Shown here piece by piece: positions 1 to 8,678 of a stretch of 64,000 bases of DNA (position 1 is its first letter; every line of letters starts with the position of its first letter). Location of the stretch: the NCBI GenBank assembly GCA_029259155.1, contig JAPDJI010000004.1, positions 1 to 64,000 on the forward strand, read 5' to 3'. Under the pieces are notes generated by a model. The model had not been told where the DNA came from, did not search any database, and worked only from the letters and a program-made list of their open reading frames with translations. Position numbers and translations under genes: made by a program. This DNA is from Candidatus Methanomethylicia archaeon. GTDB taxonomy: Archaea > Thermoproteota > Methanomethylicia > Nezhaarchaeales > B40-G2.

Positions 1-26
1 GAGCTCTTCAACGTACCACGCCATGA

Positions 27-710
27 CTACCTTAACCCCTTGCCTGTCATCTCAGCCTCGATTACCCATCCTTCCAGATGCGGAGGTCCCTTCTCCACCG
101 TTATCCTTCTCCACTTTAATCTCTCTAGCTTCTCGATCCTAATTATGGTGTTTGCCCAATACTCCAGCAAACTAGAAGCTTCTGGCTCCAAATCCTCTGC
201 AAGCCTTCTAGCCCTACTAGTCAATATTATGTTTAGGTTGAAGCTGTTTGCAAGCTCAGCGAGCATGGCTAACTGTTGGTTTAACAACTTGCTAGCCTTT
301 AAGGGGTTTTTTGTTTCAGCCACAAAGGATCTATAAAGACCAGTGAAAGTATCAAAAACTGCTACCTTTAACTTCTCTCCCCTACTCCTGTAGAGGGCAT
401 CTACAGCTCTATCTTGATCATCGAAGTCGACTAGCCTTATCAAGATTAACAGGTGACGTAGGTTTTCCAGCTTTTTTTGAGCCAAAGACTTGAATCTTTT
501 CGAGCTGAGCCTACCTGTATATGCATATAGTGACCTCCAACCCCTCGTCAAGGCGCTCAATAGAAGCTGCAAGGCTAGTGTCGTCTTCCCTGTTCCTCCT
601 CCCCCATAGATTAGGAGGAGTCCTCCTCGCCTTGTCAAAGCTCTGATAAGCTCTTCTATGTTTTTCAGCTTTCTCCCCATTAGGTGATGCGCTACGTTTA
701 TATTTAGCAT
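27..710 (-). CDS. RadB-like RecA-superfamily ATPase (RadA paralog)
   Basis: Walker A GGGGTGKTT, Walker B AVFD; lacks the RadA N-terminal domain; start uncertain. Confidence 0.75.
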   Translation of the reverse strand: MLNINVAHHLMGRKLKNIEELIRALTRRGGLLLIYGGGGTGKTTLALQLLLSALTRGWRSLYAYTGRLSSKRFKSLAQKKLENLRHLLILIRLVDFDDQDRAVDALYRSRGEKLKVAVFDTFTGLYRSFVAETKNPLKASKLLNQQLAMLAELANSFNLNIILTSRARRLAEDLEPEASSLLEYWANTIIRIEKLERLKWRRITVEKGPPHLEGWVIEAEMTGKGLR

Positions 711-731
711 AGTTGCCTTCCTTTAGGTTTC

Positions 732-1382
732 TTGAATGGTGGTGGAATGCTGAGCCGTATCGGAGTATACGCTACTCGAGCAAAAGACTACTATGAAATA
801 ATATCAGAGTTGAGAAGGTTAAACCTGGATTTTGTTAGCCTTGATCCAGATAGCCCTCTTCCCAAGGAGATTAAAGTGGTATTGGTAGCTAAGGAAGACG
901 CCCTTAAAATGCAGGGTTTAAATGGAGTTAAAGTGGTGGAGGTTAAAGACAAAGGGATATCGTTACTTAGTGCTAGGATAAGGCTTGCTCTTCAGGGTAG
1001 AGATAAGTTTGGTGAGCTTATCGTGGGTATTGATCCAGGCGAAACCTATGGCTTAGCTGTAGTGGCGGATTCAGCTCTCATAGATTACCGGGTCTTTAGG
1101 GAGGTGGATGATCTACTTAACTATGTTAAGGATGTCGTAGAGGCTAAGTTGGCAGTAAGAACATTATTAAGGATAGGTGATGGCTCGCCTAAACATAGAG
1201 ATAAGGTTTTATCCACGTTCTCTATTGGGCTTGAAGGGGTTGAGGTAGAGGTGGTGGACGAAGCTCTCGCCTCCCTTACCTCCATCCCTTCCCTGGACCC
1301 TCCCATACCTAAAGACGCGGCTTCAGCCTTACACATAGCCTTAAAGGAAGGTCATAGAGTGAAGGGTGGGCTTCATGTCTAA
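732..1382 (+). CDS. Uncharacterised protein with C-terminal RNase H-fold (YqgF/RuvC-like) domain
   Basis: IVGIDPGETYGLAVV motif, IGDG, VVDE and C-terminal DAxSA; overlaps the next gene. Confidence 0.6.
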   Translation: MNGGGMLSRIGVYATRAKDYYEIISELRRLNLDFVSLDPDSPLPKEIKVVLVAKEDALKMQGLNGVKVVEVKDKGISLLSARIRLALQGRDKFGELIVGIDPGETYGLAVVADSALIDYRVFREVDDLLNYVKDVVEAKLAVRTLLRIGDGSPKHRDKVLSTFSIGLEGVEVEVVDEALASLTSIPSLDPPIPKDAASALHIALKEGHRVKGGLHV

Positions 1383-2673
1383 CTCAAGGGTCACCATTCC
1401 AAAAGGATCATCCTACAAAGTAGAAGGACCAGCCTCTATAAGGCTGCTTGAAGGCTCACTTTCAGTATTAGGGAAACCTGTAAAGATCAAGGAGTCCTTA
1501 ACTGTACCCAGGTCTAGGTCTCTGCCTTTAGAGGCTATTGAGAACTCCGTCGTGGAGGTTAAAGCTGGTCCTGAAGCCAAAATAGAGCCTCTTTCTTCAG
1601 CTACCATACCTAGAGAGTGGTACATAACAATTGATAGAATAATTGGAGCTGGTGCTCCTCTCAGGGTTATGGTGTTTGGGGACATAGATAGCGGTAAGAC
1701 GACGTTCTGTACATACTTGGCCAATCGCTTCATTGAAGCAGGTTTTAAAGTAGGCGTCTTGGATTGTGATCCAGGCCAGGCAGAAGTCTTTGTACCCACC
1801 ACCATTAGCTTAGGTTTAATTAAAGATTATGTGACCAGCCTCGACAAAGCGGTGCTTAAGAGCGCCTACTTCATAGGAGCTACTTCTCCCTCAGGCTTAA
1901 CAGATCGCGTTATAGTCGGAGCTAAAATACTCTTTGAAGAGGCTGTGAGGGAGGGTGTAGAAGCCTTAATTATAAACACAAGTGGCTGGACAACTGGTCG
2001 TGGAGCAAGGTTTCTTAAAGCAGGCCTATTGGGGGCGTTGAAGCCTAGCCATCTTGTACTAATACAGCGAAGCACTGAGGTAGAACACTTGGCTAAGCCT
2101 TACATAAACTTCAAGGAAGTTGAGGTGCTTAGAGTCCCGGTCTCATCAGCTATTAAGGCCAGAAGCAAGGAGGATAGGAGAGTGAAAAGGGAACTGGCAT
2201 ACAAGGGATACTTTGCTAGGGCCAAGATAAGAAAGTATTCGCTCGATGTCACCGGCTTGATGTATACACTTTACACCACAGGTTTCAAGATGAGCAAGGA
2301 GCGTAAAAGCGAAGTAGAGTCTATCTTAGGCTTAGAGGTGATCTACGGAGAGGAAGGCCCAGACTCGATGTTTGTGGTGGTTGATAAACCTATTTCGAAT
2401 TCTTCGGAGGCAGCTTTAAAGCTGAAGGAGGCCTTTGGGAAGGAAGAAGTGTTAGTTATTCATCGAGGAGCCGAGAAAGGACTAATAGCTGGTCTTATAG
2501 GTCAAGCCTCAACGTTGCTAGGCCTAGGCATAATAGAGGAGATAGACTACGAGGAGAGGACCATAAGCCTCTTGACCCCATTTGAAGGGCAGGTAAGCAT
2601 TATACAGGTGGGTCAACTAAAGCTGGATGAAGAGGGCAGAGAACTGGCAAAAATTGAAGGATGGCCCCTATAA
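1366..2673 (+). CDS. Clp1/Grc3-family polynucleotide 5'-hydroxyl kinase
   Basis: GDIDSGKTT, DCDPGQ, INTSGW and RRxxR lid motifs; ATG at 1375 is the likely start. Confidence 0.9.
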   Translation: MGFMSNSRVTIPKGSSYKVEGPASIRLLEGSLSVLGKPVKIKESLTVPRSRSLPLEAIENSVVEVKAGPEAKIEPLSSATIPREWYITIDRIIGAGAPLRVMVFGDIDSGKTTFCTYLANRFIEAGFKVGVLDCDPGQAEVFVPTTISLGLIKDYVTSLDKAVLKSAYFIGATSPSGLTDRVIVGAKILFEEAVREGVEALIINTSGWTTGRGARFLKAGLLGALKPSHLVLIQRSTEVEHLAKPYINFKEVEVLRVPVSSAIKARSKEDRRVKRELAYKGYFARAKIRKYSLDVTGLMYTLYTTGFKMSKERKSEVESILGLEVIYGEEGPDSMFVVVDKPISNSSEAALKLKEAFGKEEVLVIHRGAEKGLIAGLIGQASTLLGLGIIEEIDYEERTISLLTPFEGQVSIIQVGQLKLDEEGRELAKIEGWPL

Positions 2674-3690
2674 TGTAAAGGGGGGCCTCAATATCCCCTT
2701 CTCAGTTATATACCCTGTTACCAAGTAAGGAGGTGTTACATCAAAGGCTGGATTTAACGCCTCTACGCCTGAAGGGAGTATCGGGAAGTTTGCAATGGAA
2801 GCTACCTCCTCTCTTCCTCTCATTTCAATGGTTACGTCCTCTACGTTTAAAGTTAGATCGAAGGTTGAGGTAGGAGCTGCTACGTAGAAAGGTACATTAA
2901 AGTGATTGGCCACCACCGCGATCGTCAAGGTGCCCACCTTATTAACCACGTGTCCATCCTTAAACACCCTATCAGCTCCTACAATCACCTTGTTGACCAT
3001 ACCTTCCCTCATCACGTAGCCGACCATCCCATCGGTTATCACCTTAACCGGTATTCCTTCAATCTTCAACTCTAAAGCTGTTAGCCTAGCGCCTTGAAGC
3101 TTAGGCCTCGTCTCGGTAGCTATGACCTTCACTCTCAACCCTCTCTTCACAGCTTCCCTTATTGGAGCTAATGCTGTGCCGTAACCCACCGTGGCCAAAG
3201 CGCCAGCGTTGCAGTGCGTTAATACTACGTCCCCGTCTTCAAGGATAGAAACACCTGTTTCACCTATTTTCCTATTAACCTCAACGTCCTCATCAGCTAT
3301 CCTTAAAGCCTCCATCAAAACTTCTCTGCGTACTTCCTCTACTCCTTCCTTCATCTCCAACACTTTGAGAACCCTCTCTATAGCCCAGAAGAGATTGCGA
3401 GCAGTAGGCCTAGTAGACCTTAAAACTTCAGCTGCTTTTACCACCGCTTTTACCATTTCCTCTTTTTTCTTAGCCTTGCAGTGGTAAGCTGCCAAAGCTA
3501 GACCCATAGCTGCCGCTGCCCCTATGGCAGGAGCACCTCTAATTGTCATATCTTTAATGGCTTCAGCTACTTCCTCAACACTACTACAGACTTTAAAGGT
3601 AAACTCCCAAGGAAGCTTGTTCTGATCGACCATGAAGACTTTGCCGTCTTCCCACCAAATGGTCCTAAGACCGCTAATCAACTCAACCAT
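2668..3690 (-). CDS. mtnA: S-methyl-5-thioribose-1-phosphate isomerase (eIF-2B alpha-like family)
   Basis: IRGAPAIG, TRPTARNL, THCNAGALAT, ETRPKLQGARLTA, NPAFDVTP. Confidence 0.9.
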   Translation of the reverse strand: MVELISGLRTIWWEDGKVFMVDQNKLPWEFTFKVCSSVEEVAEAIKDMTIRGAPAIGAAAAMGLALAAYHCKAKKKEEMVKAVVKAAEVLRSTRPTARNLFWAIERVLKVLEMKEGVEEVRREVLMEALRIADEDVEVNRKIGETGVSILEDGDVVLTHCNAGALATVGYGTALAPIREAVKRGLRVKVIATETRPKLQGARLTALELKIEGIPVKVITDGMVGYVMREGMVNKVIVGADRVFKDGHVVNKVGTLTIAVVANHFNVPFYVAAPTSTFDLTLNVEDVTIEMRGREEVASIANFPILPSGVEALNPAFDVTPPYLVTGYITEKGILRPPFTL

Positions 3691-3817
3691 CCTTAAATCG
3701 AAGGGTTAGATACATAAAAGTTGCTGCTTGGCATGGCGAGTTTTCGTAGTGTTCTCTCTTTAAGCTATGTACGAAAAGATTATTTCACGCCTCAACAAAC
3801 ACTTCTTCCAAAGCCTT

Positions 3818-3931
3818 GCGGGGGTTCCCGAGCCAGGACAAAGGGGCAGGACTTAAGATCTCGGCTAAAAGAGGCCGGTATGGGGTATCCTGTGGCATAG
3901 GCCTTCGTGGGTTCAAATCCCACCCCCCGCA
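3818..3931 (+). tRNA. tRNA-Leu(UAA) with 29-nt intron at 37/38 (3858-3886)
   Basis: Acceptor GCGGGGG/CCCCCGC-A, anticodon arm CAGGA-CTTAAG^A-TCCTG, long variable arm, GTTCAAATC T-loop; relaxed BHB. Confidence 0.92.
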
Positions 3932-4009
3932 TCATTTATGACCTACTTTGTATGACGATAAAGAGCTTTATTTTAAGTAAGCTTAGAGACTATTGCTTTG
4001 ACTTAGCAT

Positions 4010-4174
4010 TTACTCTATGCTTGTTAGAGTTTCTTGGCTGCCCCGTTGGCTCCAGTACCTTAAACATTCTTCTCTCCATTTACATAGCTTACATTGACCA
4101 TCAACGTTGAAGTACCGATAAAAGCCGAAGCAATAAGGTTTATTGATTGATGTTAAGCCTTCAAGGCTTTGCAA
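4010..4174 (-). CDS. Putative 54-aa Cys4 metal-binding microprotein, absent from the ORF track
   Basis: Hand translation from TTG: MQSLEGLTSINKPYCFGFYRYFNVDGQCKLCKWREECLRYWSQRGSQETLTSIE; TATA-like TTTAATAA about 30 nt upstream on the - strand. Confidence 0.55.
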   Translation of the reverse strand: MQSLEGLTSINKPYCFGFYRYFNVDGQCKLCKWREECLRYWSQRGSQETLTSIE

Positions 4175-4227
4175 AGAGCCCTGCTTAACCTTTCCAAGCT
4201 CCTTATTAAACTTGACGTTTCAAGTAG

Positions 4228-4339
4228 CGCCGGGGGTGGGATTTGAACCCACGCGCCCCGTAAAGGGGCACCGGCTTTCCTGGCCTCTTTCCTCATAAGA
4301 TCTCGAGGCCGGCGCTTTAGACCGCTCAGCCACCCCGGC
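4228..4339 (-). tRNA. tRNA-Ser(CGA) with 25-nt intron at 37/38 (4277-4301)
   Basis: Reverse complement GCCGGGG...CCCCGGC-G, arm CCGGC-CTCGAG^A-GCCGG, long variable arm. Confidence 0.92.
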
Positions 4340-4389
4340 TTCTTGGGTAACGTAGATGAGTTCCACTTAACCTTAACTCCTTTGCTTCT

Positions 4390-5382
4390 TTAAGGCTTTA
4401 CTACGAGATCAGCGATATCTATGCAGTTCTCCTTTACCCTTCTGAGGCTATTAGCTATCTCGTTAAGGTAGAAGGCCATAGTAGAAGGCAGTTCAAGTAT
4501 ACGTTGATTAAGCTGCTCCATTAGCGAATGTACTTTAGAGCCAAGCTCGCGCTTCACACAGTTTTCAGCATGTTTTGTGTCGAGTTTAAAGAGGGCGGTT
4601 AATGCTTCATCTTGTATCTTTCTAATAAGTTCACTTAAACTCATTAACCCCTCTACTATGTCTGGAGGAGGGTCGTAGGGCCGTAAAGCTATGGCACTCT
4701 TAGCAATCGTCACCGCTTGGTCTCCGTTAGACTCCAGCGCTCTAGCTACGAGCCTGTAGTCAAGGCACTCAACTAAGCTTATCCCTGCTTTTTCTGAAAG
4801 CCTGGGGTTTTGTACGATAGATCTCAGCTGCCTAACGATGAGGAAGTATAGACGGTTGAGATCATCATCCCTCCTAACCACGCTTTTAGCTAAATCTTCG
4901 TCCTTATCTCTGAAAGCAGTTATAGCGTCTATATGCATCTGTAATGACAGTATGTGAGCTCTTCTAAGCAAAGTTTTGATCGGTATGGCTAGTGGAGACA
5001 ATAAGCATTGTACTATTATTTCGTTAGGTTTCTCCTCTATGATCTCTGTCCCTACAAGGGCGGTTAATGTATTCTTAATCTTCTCCCTCTGATCTAAAGT
5101 TATGCGCTTTGAAGCCTTAATATGGATGATGTCGGCTCCTATCAAGTACTTCCCTAAAATCTCTCTTCCTACGTTTTCGTCTAGCTCCACCACCGCTATG
5201 TTTAGTTTTTCTACATCCTCTATACCACCTGACCTTATGATTATGGTTCCATCGCTCTCCTCCATTAAAGCTACCGTAGCGCCTCCTTTAAGTCCCATCC
5301 TAGTTACCCATCCTTTGGGTAAAGAGATCAAGTAGGAGCCACTCTTAGTCTCTTGCAGCTTCCTATACTCGACGCTGCTCAT
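4390..5382 (-). CDS. Phosphate uptake regulator (AbrB-like N-terminal domain plus PhoU domains)
   Basis: RKLQETKSGSYLISLPKGW N-terminus; DDDLNRLY and RALESNGD PhoU-type helices. Confidence 0.88.
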   Translation of the reverse strand: MSSVEYRKLQETKSGSYLISLPKGWVTRMGLKGGATVALMEESDGTIIIRSGGIEDVEKLNIAVVELDENVGREILGKYLIGADIIHIKASKRITLDQREKIKNTLTALVGTEIIEEKPNEIIVQCLLSPLAIPIKTLLRRAHILSLQMHIDAITAFRDKDEDLAKSVVRRDDDLNRLYFLIVRQLRSIVQNPRLSEKAGISLVECLDYRLVARALESNGDQAVTIAKSAIALRPYDPPPDIVEGLMSLSELIRKIQDEALTALFKLDTKHAENCVKRELGSKVHSLMEQLNQRILELPSTMAFYLNEIANSLRRVKENCIDIADLVVKP

Positions 5383-5429
5383 TATACCTCAAAGTTATTA
5401 GCTAGGCTTAAGGATATATGTTTTCAGCC

Positions 5430-6026
5430 TTAACCGTGAAGACCTAATGTTTTAAAGAGACTCCTCGAAGCGCCCTTGGCAATGATTTCAGCTACTCGTA
5501 GAGGTTCCGGGAGTCTTCCCCACTTCAGGAATGCTTTGATGGTTTTTTCGGCTTCTTCGCCGCTTATTGAAATGGCCTCAAGATATACGGGGTTGCCTTC
5601 CTCCACCTTTACATGACGTATAGGTGCTTTCTCAGCTAGTTCCTCAAATACTCTCCAACGCTCCTTCCAGTCCGGGAAATGCTTAATCAACGCTGAGTAA
5701 ACAGCTTCATTGTTAGGCTTTTCTTTAACCACCACTATTACCGGTACGCCTAGCTTTTCATTTAGCTTAAAGGGGTTAAGGATGTTAAAACCTGCACAGG
5801 TAACACTCCCCAACATTATTAGGTCTGGGGAAGGTAAATCGGATGCTATCTCCATGGCTTTCTCCGTCGCGTCTAGGCCATCTATTTCTATAAGCCTCCA
5901 GGATAGATCCACTACTCTAAACCTACGCATCAATACTCCTACAAGAACGGTTTTTTCCCCTCTAGCTTTGAAGCTCACTGAAGGTAGCCTACCACCCTCT
6001 ACTGCTAGTACCTTAAGCTCCTCCAA
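5430..6026 (-). CDS. DUF99-family protein (endonuclease V-like fold)
   Basis: IDGLDAT, GSVTCAGFN, LPEPLRVAEIIA motifs. Confidence 0.82.
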   Translation of the reverse strand: MEELKVLAVEGGRLPSVSFKARGEKTVLVGVLMRRFRVVDLSWRLIEIDGLDATEKAMEIASDLPSPDLIMLGSVTCAGFNILNPFKLNEKLGVPVIVVVKEKPNNEAVYSALIKHFPDWKERWRVFEELAEKAPIRHVKVEEGNPVYLEAISISGEEAEKTIKAFLKWGRLPEPLRVAEIIAKGASRSLFKTLGLHG

Positions 6027-6027
6027 C

Positions 6028-7233
6028 CTATTGGAGTAGGGCGCTAAGCCTATCGTCCTCCCTCAACCCTTCACGCAGTATCTCCTCATTAATGTTAAGT
6101 TTAACTATCTTGGTTAACCCTCTTCTACCTCTACTCACTACTCTCGCTGTTACGAGACCAGCTACGTCAAGCTCGTTAATAAGGTCGCTTACTCTACGCT
6201 GAGTGAGCTCATCTAATCTCAACATCTTACAGACTTCCTTATAGAGGCTGTATATTTCCCCTGTAGTTTTTTCCTTGACTCCTTTACGTTCTAGGAGGTA
6301 GACGGCCATTAATGTTAGCTTTCCGTGGAGCGGCATCGACCTTAAGACTTCCACTACTCTATCGCGCTCCAACTCTTTCTGCGCTTTCCTAACGTGAGCT
6401 TCAGTAACCTTAAAGCCACCCCCTCTCTCCGCTACTTCACCTGCTACCCTTAGTAGGTCAAGGGCTCTTCTAGCGTCTCCATGTTCACGAGCAGCTAGGG
6501 TGGCGCAGAGCGGTATGACCCCTTCCTCTAAGGCGCCTTCCATGAATGCTAGTTTAGCTCTCTGTCTAAGAATATCTTCAAGCTCATCGCTATCATAGGG
6601 CTTAAAAACTAGTTCTTCCTCCCCTAATGCGCTCTTAACCCTAGGATCAAGGCTTTCTGTGAATTTAAGGTCGTTGGTCACCCCTACGAGCGCTACTCTC
6701 GACTTGGAGAGCTCGGAGTTTATCCGCGTTAACCTATAAAGCAGGTCGCTGCTGCTATGCCCTGCTAAAACGTCTATTTCATCGAGCACAATTATTACAA
6801 GCCTACTGCTGCTTTCCAGCGCTTTCATAAACCTCCTGAAAAGTTCAGGTATAGATAGCCCAGTAAAGGGGACTTTGACCCCAAGCTGTTCACATAATGA
6901 GGCAAAGACCCTATAACTCGTATTGTCATATTTACAATTAATGTAACAATTAGCCAGCCCTGAGCCTAGGTCAAGCCTAGCCGCTGCTTTAGAGAGTTTC
7001 TTGAGAACATACTTAGCCACCGCCGTTTTACCCGTGCCAGGTAGACCATAAATGAATACGTTTGAGGGCCTAACACCCTTAATGGCAGGAGCTAGAGTCT
7101 CGCCCAGCCTTTTTATCTCATATTCACGGTGAGGAAGTTCTTCAGGAACATAGTCAGGTCTAAGTTTTTCTCTATCTTTGAAGACTCTAGCGGTTAAGAC
7201 ACGCTGAAATATATCCTCTAGAGCAGTGGACAA
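6028..7233 (-). CDS. cdc6: Orc1/Cdc6 replication initiator
   Basis: LPHRE, GLPGTGKT, LDEID, GDARRALDLL, C-terminal wHTH (RRVSDLINEL). Confidence 0.96.
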   Translation of the reverse strand: MSTALEDIFQRVLTARVFKDREKLRPDYVPEELPHREYEIKRLGETLAPAIKGVRPSNVFIYGLPGTGKTAVAKYVLKKLSKAAARLDLGSGLANCYINCKYDNTSYRVFASLCEQLGVKVPFTGLSIPELFRRFMKALESSSRLVIIVLDEIDVLAGHSSSDLLYRLTRINSELSKSRVALVGVTNDLKFTESLDPRVKSALGEEELVFKPYDSDELEDILRQRAKLAFMEGALEEGVIPLCATLAAREHGDARRALDLLRVAGEVAERGGGFKVTEAHVRKAQKELERDRVVEVLRSMPLHGKLTLMAVYLLERKGVKEKTTGEIYSLYKEVCKMLRLDELTQRRVSDLINELDVAGLVTARVVSRGRRGLTKIVKLNINEEILREGLREDDRLSALLQ

Positions 7234-7432
7234 GGCTCAGACACCGTACCACCCTTAATTAGCTTAATACTTAGCTTATAAGTGGATGAGGGAGTTGGTT
7301 TTCTTCACCTCCAACCTGAGGGGTGAAGGAAGCCACCTTTGAGGGTTATGTAGCTCCTCTGCATGTAGCTCAGTTTTCCGAGGAGTGTTGAAAGGTAATA
7401 TGGGTGTGAATGTAGGATGTTTGGGTTAAGGC

Positions 7433-7450
7433 GCAAAATCTTTATAAAAA
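7433..7450 (+). promoter_or_regulatory. BRE/TATA box of tRNA-Ala
   Basis: CAAAATC-TTTATAAAAA about 25-30 nt upstream of the tRNA. Confidence 0.65.
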
Positions 7451-7470
7451 GCACCTTGATACGCTAAGCT

Positions 7471-7559
7471 CGGCCGGTAGTTCAGCGGTAGAATGCCCGC
7501 TTGGCAAGCCTTAGGGCCTGAAGTGCGGGAGGTCGCGGGTTCGAGTCCCGCCCGGTCCA
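7471..7559 (+). tRNA. tRNA-Ala(GGC) with 17-nt intron at 37/38 (7507-7523) and C1:C72 mismatch
   Basis: G3:U70 identity pair, A73, arm CCCGC-TTGGCA^T-GCGGG with BHB, GTTCGAGTC T-loop. Confidence 0.9.
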
Positions 7560-7573
7560 TTATTTATTATTTT

Positions 7574-7765
7574 CTATCTTAGCCTTGAAGAGCGGTTAAG
7601 CTTCTTTGTCTGCCAAGAGTATCTTCGCAACCTACTGCTTCTACCAAACCCGCAGGCTGCGCAGTAACGTTTAGTGACATTAAAGGAGTGTCTACCGCAC
7701 CTTCTACATCTGATGTGGGTTTTTCTGCCTCCTCGTTTACCGAAGGAGGTAGTTCCTTTAACCAA
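7574..7765 (-). CDS. rpl37e: 50S ribosomal protein L37e
   Basis: KGTTSFGKR...[13 protein letters not shown]...CAACGFG. Confidence 0.96.
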   Translation of the reverse strand: MVKGTTSFGKRGGRKTHIRCRRCGRHSFNVTKRYCAACGFGRSSRLRRYSWQTKKLNRSSRLR

Positions 7766-7786
7766 AGCTAACCACCATGAAGACCT

Positions 7787-8017
7787 CTATTTAGGCGCAG
7801 GCGACACTAATACTACGTTATCTCCTCTTATCAAGACTAGTCCTAGTTTCTTGACTTCTCCGTCGTGTCGTACCTCTTCAGCCTCATCGAGGACGATGTT
7901 GAGGTGCTGGTCGAAGCTCCTTAGCTTACCTCTAAGCTCTCTTCCACCCTTAAGCTTAATTAATATCATGTTCCCTAAAGCTTCATTTAGTAAGTTTGCT
8001 GTTGCTAGCTCGGCCAT
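7787..8017 (-). CDS. Sm-like (LSm/SmAP1) RNA-binding protein
   Basis: GKLRSFDQHLNIVL and IRGDNV Sm motifs; classic linkage to rpl37e. Confidence 0.94.
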   Translation of the reverse strand: MAELATANLLNEALGNMILIKLKGGRELRGKLRSFDQHLNIVLDEAEEVRHDGEVKKLGLVLIRGDNVVLVSPAPK

Positions 8018-8121
8018 AGCCTCTTCCCTTGCCAGTGCTCTGAAGCTTCAGGCCTCTCGATATATAGCTTTTGGTCTCCTTAGGAAGACTTTATATTATT
8101 CTCTTTCCTTAACGTCCTCTA

Positions 8122-8610
8122 ATGTCTAAGATACAGCGACATTACCTAAGTAAACGCGATGTTAAAGGTCTGGTGGAGAAGGCTTCAAGACTCTACCCCT
8201 CTCTTGAGGATAGGTTAAGGGAGAAGGTTAGGAGTGTGTGGGAGCTCGTGAAGGTGAAGGAGATAAACATTTACTTCGTAGATGGCCTTCCCCTCCTTTT
8301 GGAAGTGGAAGACAGACTTATCCCTTCTATTCACCTCGCTGAAGCTGCCCCCTTCCCCAAAGTAGTGGTGGATATGGGGGCGGCTCCTAGGATACTGAGG
8401 GGGGCTGACGTAATGGCCCCTGGCATTAGGCAGGTTCCTGACTCCATGAATCCTGGAGATGTAGTTGCGATAGCTGAAGAGAAATTAGGCAAAGTTTTAG
8501 CCATAGGGGTGGCTCTCATGTCGGGAAGGGAAGTGATGGAGGTTAGGAGAGGTAAAGCGTTGAAGGTTCTACATAGGGTGGGCGATGAAATTTGGAAGCT
8601 AACTAGGTAG
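8122..8610 (+). CDS. PUA-domain RNA-binding protein (MCT-1/DUF1947-like)
   Basis: VVVDMGA...GADVMAPGI, GKALKVLHRVGDEIW. Confidence 0.9.
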   Translation: MSKIQRHYLSKRDVKGLVEKASRLYPSLEDRLREKVRSVWELVKVKEINIYFVDGLPLLLEVEDRLIPSIHLAEAAPFPKVVVDMGAAPRILRGADVMAPGIRQVPDSMNPGDVVAIAEEKLGKVLAIGVALMSGREVMEVRRGKALKVLHRVGDEIWKLTR

Positions 8611-8627
8611 CATTGGACCAAAACCCG

Positions 8628-8642
8628 GAAAAGCTTTAAATA
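8628..8642 (+). promoter_or_regulatory. BRE/TATA box upstream of the psmB-aCPSF1-egsA cluster
   Basis: GGAAAAGC-TTTAAATA consensus-like. Confidence 0.55.
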
Positions 8643-8678
8643 AAACCCGTCCGTGAAGATGTACGATTTACCTCTTTT

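Noticed and set aside
3907-4110. 67-aa + strand ORF
   Set aside because: It starts inside the tRNA-Leu T-arm; the opposite-strand Cys4 ORF is better supported
7234-7470. Replication origin next to cdc6
   Set aside because: No recognisable ORB (TCCA-N-TGGAAA plus G-string) repeats or clear AT-rich unwinding element, so it is not called
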